Shown here piece by piece: positions 8,118 to 15,816 of a DNA stretch of 32,000 nt. Made by a program: the position numbers and the translations under genes. The notes below the pieces were generated by a model. The model was not told the origin of the DNA, made no database searches, and saw only the letters and a list, made by a program, of their open reading frames with translations. Location: the NCBI RefSeq assembly GCF_000092465.1, contig NC_014205.1, positions 1,320,001 to 1,352,000 on the forward strand, given 5' to 3'. The stretch is from Staphylothermus hellenicus DSM 12710. Its GTDB lineage: Archaea; Thermoproteota; Thermoprotei_A; Sulfolobales; Desulfurococcaceae. Every line of letters begins with the position of its first letter. Position 1 is the first letter of the stretch.

Positions 8118-8762
8118 CTAGTTGGGAGTTTTAGGTAATGTTTTTTCTATAAGAAATACTATTTTATCTATTAGCTCCCTCAGAGATCTTTTGGTAGTAG
8201 AGTGATATACTGTATCTCTACAATATTTCACCCTATTATACATGTCTAAAGCCCTATTTAGCTCGCCTATATTCATGTAATACCTTATTTTAGTATAATA
8301 GACTATGGCTTCTATGATTGCAGGCCCCGCTCTATTATAGGTAGTTGGCATAAGTTTTTTATAATCTATAAGCCGTGGCCTTATATATATCATAATATAT
8401 CCTTTTCTGCGTATAATATGATCTAGATCACCTTCAATATATGCATTGCAACCCATTATTCTGGGGGCTGATACAGTTTTTGAATGAACATACCTAATTG
8501 CTTCTTTATTGAATATTGCATAGAAGAAAAGCCTCGGATCTCTTGTAATGTTTACGACGAATTCTTTAGCGCCAGCATTAACCATATTGTAGGTTTTAGT
8601 ATTAGCATATATTCTTGCCTTAAGCAAGCCTCTAAATAGCTTAAATCCCACAGGAGCGGCATTTTTCTCATTATTTAAGCTTATGGTTAGTATGGTTTCA
8701 GCATATGTGGTGCTATTAAATCCTAGCCTATGTAATACTCTTTGCAACCTATTCTTCTCCAT
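8118..8762 (-). CDS. DUF447-like protein (FMN-binding split-barrel fold family associated with methanopterin pathways)
   Basis: 214 aa. The N-terminal ETILTISLNNEKNAAPVG and C-terminal YNRAGPAIIEAIVYYTKI patterns match my recollection of DUF447 N and C domains. It is divergent from mptE-like within the pterin cluster. Confidence 0.55.
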   Translation of the reverse strand: MEKNRLQRVLHRLGFNSTTYAETILTISLNNEKNAAPVGFKLFRGLLKARIYANTKTYNMVNAGAKEFVVNITRDPRLFFYAIFNKEAIRYVHSKTVSAPRIMGCNAYIEGDLDHIIRRKGYIMIYIRPRLIDYKKLMPTTYNRAGPAIIEAIVYYTKIRYYMNIGELNRALDMYNRVKYCRDTVYHSTTKRSLRELIDKIVFLIEKTLPKTPN

Positions 8763-8864
8763 AGTCTTTAATCCTCATAATATAGTAATTTTATAAGACT
8801 ATTTAATTATAAGCAACATAATAATATGTAGGCAATGCTATAAATCGGCTACAGGTAGCTACCA

Positions 8865-9650
8865 TTGGAGTATAGTGAATGGTTTGAAATATATAACTGG
8901 ATACGTAAATTGCTTGGAATAAGCTATGAAAAGGATGTTGAAGCAACTCTTATTTTAGCTCAGATCCTAAAGGGGCTTAAACCTCCTTTAAATGAGCTTA
9001 GTAGACTAATTAAAAGAAGGAAAATCATTGTATTTGGTGCAGGTCCTTCATTAGATCCTGTACTTGAAGATATTATAAAATATACTGATACAGATCTTTT
9101 ACATAGAAAATATACATTGTTTGCTGCGGACGGGGTGACGCAGGCACTATTAGAGTATAATATAGTACCTCATCTCGTAACAACAGATCTGGACGGTGAC
9201 ATTGAAGCTCTTATGTGGGCTGCAAAAAAGGGTTCTCTAATGCTTATCCATGGTCACGGAGATAATATTGATAAAATAACTAGTATTGTGCCTATAATAA
9301 AGAAAATAACTAGTAAAATCATTGGAACCACACAAGTAAAACCTATTCCTCCTCTACAAAACTTCGGTGGGTTCACTGATGGTGATAGAGCTGTTTTTAT
9401 TTCTCATCATTTTAAGGCATCAAAAATAATAATGGTTGGTATGGATTTTGGTAGTATTGTTGGAAGAAGATCAAAACCATGGCTTAAAAATAATGAAAAA
9501 GCATGGCCAGCTAAGAAGATAAAGCTTGACATAGCATTCAAGCTTATCTCTCAACTGGCTTGTAAAGAAAAAATATTAATTTATACGGTAAGCGATACAG
9601 TTCCACAATGCGTGAAGAAAGTGTCTGTAAAAGAAATACATTTGCTATGA
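8865..9650 (+). CDS. mptE: 6-hydroxymethyl-7,8-dihydropterin pyrophosphokinase, archaeal MptE-like (DUF115/COG1634)
   Basis: Motifs IIVFGAGPSLD, AADGVTQALLEYNIVPHLVTTDLDGD, HGHGDNI and GGFTDGDRAVF...GMDFG are typical of DUF115/MptE. It has a TTG start. Confidence 0.7.
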   Translation: MEYSEWFEIYNWIRKLLGISYEKDVEATLILAQILKGLKPPLNELSRLIKRRKIIVFGAGPSLDPVLEDIIKYTDTDLLHRKYTLFAADGVTQALLEYNIVPHLVTTDLDGDIEALMWAAKKGSLMLIHGHGDNIDKITSIVPIIKKITSKIIGTTQVKPIPPLQNFGGFTDGDRAVFISHHFKASKIIMVGMDFGSIVGRRSKPWLKNNEKAWPAKKIKLDIAFKLISQLACKEKILIYTVSDTVPQCVKKVSVKEIHLL

Positions 9651-9663
9651 ACTAGGTGATAAA

Positions 9664-10425
9664 TTGGATAAAAGAGTTGTATGGTGTATAACAGGTTCTG
9701 GCAGTTTCCTTCGAGAGATCTATGATCTCTTTGTTAAGCTGAGGGAAAAACATGGTATAGTTATTGCAGTTGCTTTTTCCGATGCAGGTGTTGAAGTAGC
9801 AAGGATTTACGGCATATTAGATCAAATAGACAAAATTGTTTCAAAAAATACTCCATACAGTGGCGTATACTTTAGCAGGGATTCAGCTAGTGGAATACCT
9901 CTTGCAGGTAGAATAAGTTTTAAGAGATATGACTTAGTTGTAGTAGCTCCATCCACATCTAATACTGTCGCCAAGATAGTTCATGGAATAGCAGATACTT
10001 TACCAACAATCATTGTTAGCCAGTCTCTAAAAGCCGGGATCCCGGTAATCATATTTCCATCAGACTATTCAGCTAGATCTCTAACAACTCTGCCTTGCAG
10101 AATAGATTTAGATAAATGCATTTATTGTATGAAGTGTTTATTAGAAGAAGGCTTTTGCCCATATAATGCCATAGTCGCTAGCAGTTGTAAATATGGTATA
10201 CATTTATCTATAGATTATAGCAAGTGCAGAGGATGCGAAGTGTGTGTAAATAAATGTCCTGTAAAAGCTATTAAATGCTGGGAAAAAGCTACAATAACAC
10301 CAAGTACTATTGATCTAAGAAATCTTGAAAAATTAGCCACTATTAATGGAGTTACAGTAGTTACTAGTTTAAAGGAGTTAGAGAAGGCTATTTATAAAAA
10401 ATTGTCTATCAATGTTAAAACCTAG
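9664..10425 (+). CDS. Iron-sulfur flavoprotein: flavoprotein (AfpA/PF02441-like) domain fused to a 2x[4Fe-4S] ferredoxin domain (DmrX-like candidate dihydromethanopterin reductase)
   Basis: The N-terminal part (VVWCITGSGSFL...VVAPSTSNTVAKIVHGIADT) is the flavoprotein fold. The C-terminal part carries two CxxCxxCxxxCP clusters (CIYCMKCLLEEGFCP and CRGCEVCVNKCP). It has a TTG start 3 nt after AGGTGAT. Confidence 0.65.
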   Translation: MDKRVVWCITGSGSFLREIYDLFVKLREKHGIVIAVAFSDAGVEVARIYGILDQIDKIVSKNTPYSGVYFSRDSASGIPLAGRISFKRYDLVVVAPSTSNTVAKIVHGIADTLPTIIVSQSLKAGIPVIIFPSDYSARSLTTLPCRIDLDKCIYCMKCLLEEGFCPYNAIVASSCKYGIHLSIDYSKCRGCEVCVNKCPVKAIKCWEKATITPSTIDLRNLEKLATINGVTVVTSLKELEKAIYKKLSINVKT

Positions 10426-11581
10426 GACTCTTCACAGTCTCAGCATAGATTTTATGGAGTCTTCGTTTCGCATCATATAATCCAGGATGATATACCCAGT
10501 CAAGAACAGTACCTCTAGCCTCAGGTATTCTAGTATAACTGATTAATTTGCTAAAGAAGCCGTTAGCTAGGCCTTCTGCGACAATAGCATATCCTTGTGC
10601 AGCTTCTTTTGAAAATACTGCTCCTCTTAAGCCAGATAACTCTCTAATAGCGATGGCATAGTTTTCAGCAAGTCTTTCTTCAAGTATTTTTCTGAGTTCT
10701 TTAATTCTACTATATCTCCCGGACAATAGTATTTCCCTGGGTTTTCTCACGCTAATACTCATTGCAGAGACAGACTTAATAATTCCTTCAATAAAAGCTT
10801 CTATGCCATTAATGCATTCCTCCTCGCCTTGTGTAGCTCTTTTAAATACTTCACTGAGATCGTCTACTTTACATATGTCAATAATGCCACCGCGGAATAC
10901 ATCTAATCTAGACCATTTTCTCTTCATAGCAGCTATTTCAGCATCTATTGCACCTATTGTTAGAAAACCCATGCTGGCTAAGGTCCCACCTATACCATCA
11001 ACGATCCTGCCTTTATCTACACCTATTACCGCGTTATAGCCAAAGCCTAGTTCTACTAAAATAAAGCTCGTCTCACTATATTCTATACCATATTTTCTTG
11101 CTTGATCATATATGGCTAGTACAGCAACAGCCATTTTATCGGCAGTACCCATGTCAATTTTATTGATCTTTCTATAACTAGGGACTGTGGGAAGGAGAAT
11201 CACTGAAGGTATATATACTACATTAAGTTTACTCTTCCAAAATTCTTCAACAATTTTTGCTATAGCATCATACACGTTAATTCCTAGATGCCCCCTCCTA
11301 CGTCCCTCCACAATATCCTCTGTTCTCGTGAGAAGGAGGATCTCTAAAGCAAATTTTCCAGGATCAATAATGTCCTTATTAAATGTAACTGGTACTCCAT
11401 AGCCAGAAGGCCCTGCTATTAAATCTAAGTCAGCGATTTCTAAGACAGCATCAATAAGTATTTTTGGGTTGAGTGCTACTTTCTTTGTATCAATGCTTTT
11501 CTCTAGAATTACTTTATCATCCTCTACAACAACGAGATCGAAGCTCTTGGTACCGGGATCTATTCCTAAAGCCCTAGCCAT
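10415..11581 (-). CDS. Actin/ASKHA-fold ATPase-like protein (DUF1464-like), function unknown
   Basis: 388 aa. N-terminal ALGIDPGTKSFDLVVVE is the phosphate-1 motif of sugar-kinase/Hsp70/actin-fold proteins. The length and later glycine-rich segments (GIGGTLASMGF) fit DUF1464. Its 3' end overlaps the convergent flavoprotein gene by 11 nt. Confidence 0.5.
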   Translation of the reverse strand: MARALGIDPGTKSFDLVVVEDDKVILEKSIDTKKVALNPKILIDAVLEIADLDLIAGPSGYGVPVTFNKDIIDPGKFALEILLLTRTEDIVEGRRRGHLGINVYDAIAKIVEEFWKSKLNVVYIPSVILLPTVPSYRKINKIDMGTADKMAVAVLAIYDQARKYGIEYSETSFILVELGFGYNAVIGVDKGRIVDGIGGTLASMGFLTIGAIDAEIAAMKRKWSRLDVFRGGIIDICKVDDLSEVFKRATQGEEECINGIEAFIEGIIKSVSAMSISVRKPREILLSGRYSRIKELRKILEERLAENYAIAIRELSGLRGAVFSKEAAQGYAIVAEGLANGFFSKLISYTRIPEARGTVLDWVYHPGLYDAKRRLHKIYAETVKSPRF

Positions 11582-11593
11582 AATCCATTCCCA

Positions 11594-12484
11594 TCATACT
11601 TTATTATTGGATATCTCATTAATTATATCACTCAGGAAAGCATCTCTTGAAGCATATACATTGTATGGATGAATGCTCTCATAACTCTCAGCTTCAACCA
11701 TTATACGGGTATCGGGCGGAAAATTTTCCTTAGCTAGTTTAGCAGCAATATTATATGTTGCATACCTAACAATATCTTCTACAAACCGGGGTTTCTCAAA
11801 AGCTTCTTTTATAACCTTATACTCATCAATTCTCTTCAAGAGACTATGTGTTGGCGAAGAAAAAGCCTCTTTCATCGCCTCAATAAGCCATTCTATACGT
11901 ACCACTCTGTTGCTAGTCTTTACAACGATCTTTAACTTGGCTCTCTGACTGTGGCTGGGGCTTTTATGCAATGGCGTCCCCTCTAATGTAGAATATGCTA
12001 ATTGAGCTGAAGGACACACGGTCATTCCATATATTGATGCCCCTACGCTCCATTCAACTTTTCCATCTCTCCATACACTAATATGGAGAACAATATCTGC
12101 AGGTTCCTGAACAGTTTTTCCATTGATTTCCTCCTCATAGAAATATGTTGTTTCTGCAACAACCTCAGCTTTTGTAGCGTATCCATGTTTAGAGAGAAGC
12201 CGTTTACAGACATTTTCAAATAGTGTCTCCAGAGACTTAAACCGCCCAACACGTGCCTCTTCTAAAGCCTCTAATACTGTCTCTAAGCTTCTAGAGAGAT
12301 GTATACCACGCTGCTTGCTTGGAAGATCGACGTATATATCTATCCTTGCATCATACGAGAAAACACCTATGGGTGAATATATGTTGATTCTTCTCCTAAC
12401 ACCTCTAATACCTACTCTGTCAATGGAGAGTGGATGTTCTGGCATGCTATCTTGGATCTCTGGTAAGGGGACATGATCAACCAA
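11594..12484 (-). CDS. mptA: GTP cyclohydrolase, MptA/FolE2 (GCYH-IB, COG1469) family
   Basis: N-terminal LPEIQDS...IDRVGIRGVRRRINI matches the LPDVQ...VGV signature of the FolE2/MptA family. The length is 296 aa, with a TTG start preceded by GGGTGA. Confidence 0.75.
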   Translation of the reverse strand: MVDHVPLPEIQDSMPEHPLSIDRVGIRGVRRRINIYSPIGVFSYDARIDIYVDLPSKQRGIHLSRSLETVLEALEEARVGRFKSLETLFENVCKRLLSKHGYATKAEVVAETTYFYEEEINGKTVQEPADIVLHISVWRDGKVEWSVGASIYGMTVCPSAQLAYSTLEGTPLHKSPSHSQRAKLKIVVKTSNRVVRIEWLIEAMKEAFSSPTHSLLKRIDEYKVIKEAFEKPRFVEDIVRYATYNIAAKLAKENFPPDTRIMVEAESYESIHPYNVYASRDAFLSDIINEISNNKV

Positions 12485-12564
12485 AATGTATTCACCCAGA
12501 CATAAATCATATATTCATGGAACTAAATAGGTTATTCTAGAAATTTTAGAGGGCTGATGATCTT

Positions 12565-12978
12565 TTGCGAATCTGTGTGGGGGTTGAAAACCTAGATTTC
12601 GATGCAGCTCATTATACTAAGGGTATTTCAGATAAATGCATGAATATTCATGGACATACGTTTAAAGTGAGTGTTGAAGTTTGTGGTGATATACACCAGG
12701 ATACAGGTATGGTTATCGACTTTGGTATATTGAAGAATGTTTTGAAGAAAATCATTAATGAATACGATCACACTATTATCGTTCCTAAAAAGGATATGGA
12801 TAAAATCATTATAAAGGGGCCATTTAAAAGCAAAATAAAAGTTATTGACTATCCAGAAGCAACTACAGAATATATTGCACTTGACATAGCTAAAAGAGTT
12901 AAGGAGGAACTAGGTCTCTATGTAAAAGTTAAGCTATATGAGGGTAGTAGAAACTATGTTGTAGTAGAACTGGACTAA
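12565..12978 (+). CDS. 6-pyruvoyl-tetrahydropterin / 6-carboxy-tetrahydropterin synthase family protein (PTPS/QueD-like)
   Basis: 137 aa with FDAAHY and CMNIHGHTF (Cx3HGH zinc/catalytic motif). The subfamily (QueD versus aldolase-replacing PTPS) cannot be decided by eye. It has a TTG start. Confidence 0.75.
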   Translation: MRICVGVENLDFDAAHYTKGISDKCMNIHGHTFKVSVEVCGDIHQDTGMVIDFGILKNVLKKIINEYDHTIIVPKKDMDKIIIKGPFKSKIKVIDYPEATTEYIALDIAKRVKEELGLYVKVKLYEGSRNYVVVELD

Positions 12979-13024
12979 TCCATTGCAAAATAAATTTTGA
13001 ATATGATTGTAAAGTAGTGAACTA

Positions 13025-14020
13025 CTAAAATTTATAGTCTCTAATCCTAGAGACCCTAGCCCCAGTGTTAGAGACTTGAGAGATATAGTAGTCAGCCTCA
13101 ATATCTCTATGATATAGTTCTTGTTTCACCCTAGATAGTGTTCTTAATGCTTTCTTCCTATAGTCTATTATCCCATATACTGTCGGGCCCCAACTACTTT
13201 GTCCAGCGCCATAAACTCCGTTCCTCATAAGGGAATTAATAATGTATTCCGCCTCTTCACAGCAAAAGATAGAGTCTTGATATTTAGAAAAATACTTGCC
13301 TGTAAGCAACTGTATTTTATATATGGCTCTCCCAAAAGTCTTAGGATCATTATTTGATATTGATGGTAAAAGTTTTAATACCAATATTTTCAATAGTTCA
13401 TACTGCAACTCCTTGTTCTCTTCGGGTTTTTCTAGGAAGGGAGTTTCAGATTTTTCATCAAGACCTTTTATACCTTTAGGAGTTATAACTATAAAGTACC
13501 AATGTTGCGGCAAGTTTTTCCTATAGATAACCGACGGTAAGTCGTCTAAATCCTTAGGTATACCAATGATACCATTTTTTGCTCTCCTACCACTATCTAT
13601 TATTAATCCTCCTTTTTCATATGTAGCAATACCTATTCCAGAGACTATTCCTCTCTTAAACAGTAATGCAAGCTCTCTAATGCTTAAGCGAAGATTATAT
13701 ATCCTCCTTATACAATCACCTATGGCTAAAAGAATCTGGGTAGTTGAACCCAAACCTACATGTCGTGGAAAGCTCTCCAGTATATGAATGGAGACTCCAT
13801 AGTTTTTGAAAATATTGTTAATAGTATAAACTATGTCATCTATATTAATTCCTGTATAATTATGTATTCTTAGGTTATCTCCTTCTCTAATACCCAATAC
13901 TCTTATTGTTGGAGTCTTAAGGTAAACACCTATGCTTCCATACGCTTTTCCCTCTGATAAGAAATTATAAAATCCTAGATGTAGCCTAGCACCCGTTGTA
14001 ATAAGTATAGATATAGGCAA
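13025..14020 (-). CDS. mptG: Beta-ribofuranosylaminobenzene 5'-phosphate (RFAP) synthase, MptG-like (GHMP-kinase fold)
   Basis: N-terminal TTGARLHLGF and the GLGSTTQ loop are typical of RFAP synthase/GHMP-like proteins. The TTG start lies 3 nt after a perfect GGTGATC and 4 nt after the upstream stop. Confidence 0.72.
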   Translation of the reverse strand: MPISILITTGARLHLGFYNFLSEGKAYGSIGVYLKTPTIRVLGIREGDNLRIHNYTGINIDDIVYTINNIFKNYGVSIHILESFPRHVGLGSTTQILLAIGDCIRRIYNLRLSIRELALLFKRGIVSGIGIATYEKGGLIIDSGRRAKNGIIGIPKDLDDLPSVIYRKNLPQHWYFIVITPKGIKGLDEKSETPFLEKPEENKELQYELLKILVLKLLPSISNNDPKTFGRAIYKIQLLTGKYFSKYQDSIFCCEEAEYIINSLMRNGVYGAGQSSWGPTVYGIIDYRKKALRTLSRVKQELYHRDIEADYYISQVSNTGARVSRIRDYKF

Positions 14021-14024
14021 GGGA

Positions 14025-15608
14025 TCACCTAATAGGTTTCTTTAAACTAAATAGAGGTTTTCCTTGAACATAGTTCTTGTTTATCCTTAATGCTTCTTCT
14101 GCTTTGGCAAGTTCTCCTCCAAGATAAAATGCATGGGAAAGTGTTGATATAAGCTTATTCTCTAATATATACCTCTCTATAGACTTGCTTGATCGTGACT
14201 TTATAAGAATGCGTCCCTTTCTCCCAACATAAAAGGCTTCAACGGCTTGTTCAGAATAATTTATTCTAATTTTAAAGAACCCCATAGGATCGATCTCCGT
14301 TTTCTCATCAGTATACGATGCCTTTCTTAGGTCTACTACTTTTGTATCCCTTGTTATATCAAATGGTGTTTCTGTTTTTTTCTTGTCTTTTAGTATAAGA
14401 AGATCTATTCCAAGATCTTTGGGAGGTACATGTTTTACCCATGATATAGTATTCATTTGAGAGGCTATGGCTGTCTCCCTGACAGAGCCCTGTGTCTTTG
14501 TACTTTCTTCTGTTACTAGCAATAAACTTACTCCAAGCTCTTGTGCAAGCAGGGTTAATAATACATTTATCCCAACACTATCAGCGTCAATTAATTCGGT
14601 TACGTTACCTATTCCCATAAGTAATGGAGTGTTTGGATGAATTTGTTTAAACTTCATATAGTTTTGCATAGATTTAAACAATGTACCTCTGCCCGGTGGA
14701 TCGAGAATGGGATCAGCAATAATTTTTTCTGTATAATTATGTAGTGTATCAACGATTCTGAATAAAACTTGCAATCTTAGATCATGATCTCTCGGTAAGG
14801 TATTATCTATTATAGGAATTGCTACAACCGCTATATCTTTAATATAATTCTTGATCTTAGCAACATTATCAACCGTTATACTGAGAATTAGATCCGCTCC
14901 CGCATTTATACCAGAGATTATTTCAGAAGGACTCAATGTATCTATAGCAATAGGTATGTTGATACTTTCTTTCTTAATATACTTTATAGTCTCATATACT
15001 TTATCTGGATTAGGATTAAAGGGTTCAAACCCCAAACTAATTATGTTAGCACCATTATCTAAATAAGTCTTTATTTTATCTAGTAGAATATCCCTAGACA
15101 TTGTTAGAGTGTTTGAAATCTCCGCAATGACTCGAATAGGCGGCGGATTAACAGGCACTAAGATCCTTCCTATATTTATATGTGGTTTTTTCTTTATGTT
15201 CTCCTCAACATTTTTTAAAATATTAAACAAGTATTCTTTACGATACTGATCTATTATTTTATCAGCAGGTTCGTCGGGCGAGAGTTTGTTTAAATCTATT
15301 GCAAACATTATCGGTATATCTATTGCCTGTTTAGGTCCTTTGACTGCAGGGATGCCTATCGCGTTCGTGATTTCTATAGCTGATCCTTTAACCTGGCCAG
15401 GTATAATTATTAAGTCGTAATCTCCTTTCTTAACTCCTTTTTTCTTGAGATAATATGCTATGGTTTTGCTTGAAGCTAATGCTATAACATCAATAGGTAA
15501 AATCATGATTTCTATAATATGTTTTTCCTTGTATTTGCTTGGAATAGATTCTACTGCATTCCTAACTATGTTGCCCGCTAATCTCCCAGTTATTAAAAGT
15601 ATTCGCAA
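14025..15608 (-). CDS. Dihydropteroate-synthase-like pterin-binding protein with a C-terminal DUF4346-like domain (archaeal MptH-type candidate)
   Basis: 527 aa. The central pterin-binding TIM-barrel region (YLDNGANIISLGFEP...PIAIDTLSPSEIISGINAGADLILSI...GIGNVTEL) is followed by a C-terminal segment (FFKIRINY...HAFYLGGELAKAE). It has a TTG start. Confidence 0.68.
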   Translation of the reverse strand: MRILLITGRLAGNIVRNAVESIPSKYKEKHIIEIMILPIDVIALASSKTIAYYLKKKGVKKGDYDLIIIPGQVKGSAIEITNAIGIPAVKGPKQAIDIPIMFAIDLNKLSPDEPADKIIDQYRKEYLFNILKNVEENIKKKPHINIGRILVPVNPPPIRVIAEISNTLTMSRDILLDKIKTYLDNGANIISLGFEPFNPNPDKVYETIKYIKKESINIPIAIDTLSPSEIISGINAGADLILSITVDNVAKIKNYIKDIAVVAIPIIDNTLPRDHDLRLQVLFRIVDTLHNYTEKIIADPILDPPGRGTLFKSMQNYMKFKQIHPNTPLLMGIGNVTELIDADSVGINVLLTLLAQELGVSLLLVTEESTKTQGSVRETAIASQMNTISWVKHVPPKDLGIDLLILKDKKKTETPFDITRDTKVVDLRKASYTDEKTEIDPMGFFKIRINYSEQAVEAFYVGRKGRILIKSRSSKSIERYILENKLISTLSHAFYLGGELAKAEEALRINKNYVQGKPLFSLKKPIR

Positions 15609-15693
15609 CTAGTTTACCCCTATACCTTTTCTATAGGGTACTAATCTAGAACAATATTAATTGCAGCACTATAATCATATCTGAACAAAACAG

Positions 15694-15768
15694 CGGGCCC
15701 GCGGGGATTCGAACCCCGGGTCTCCGGCTTAGAAGGCCGGCGCCCTATCCTGGCTAGGCTACGGGCCC
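15694..15768 (-). tRNA. tRNA-Arg (anticodon UCU), intron-less, CCA not encoded
   Basis: The minus strand reads GGGCCCG-TA-GCCT-AGCCAGGATA-GGGC-G-CCGGC-CTTCTAA-GCCGG-AGACC-CGGGG-TTCGAAT-CCCCG-CGGGCCC-G. This gives a perfect cloverleaf with all invariant positions and anticodon loop CU-UCU-AA. Confidence 0.97.
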
Positions 15769-15816
15769 ATGTTATTTCCCATTTTATAATTGGTTATTTA
15801 TTTTGGGTTATAGATT

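Noticed and set aside
15618-15638. Inverted repeat CCCTATA-CCTTTTC-TATAGGG between tRNA-Arg and the DHPS-like gene start
   Set aside because: This is a 7-bp AT-rich palindrome overlapping a probable TATA element 10 nt from the TTG start. It could be a promoter or operator or a tRNA terminator, but by itself it is not distinguishable from chance.
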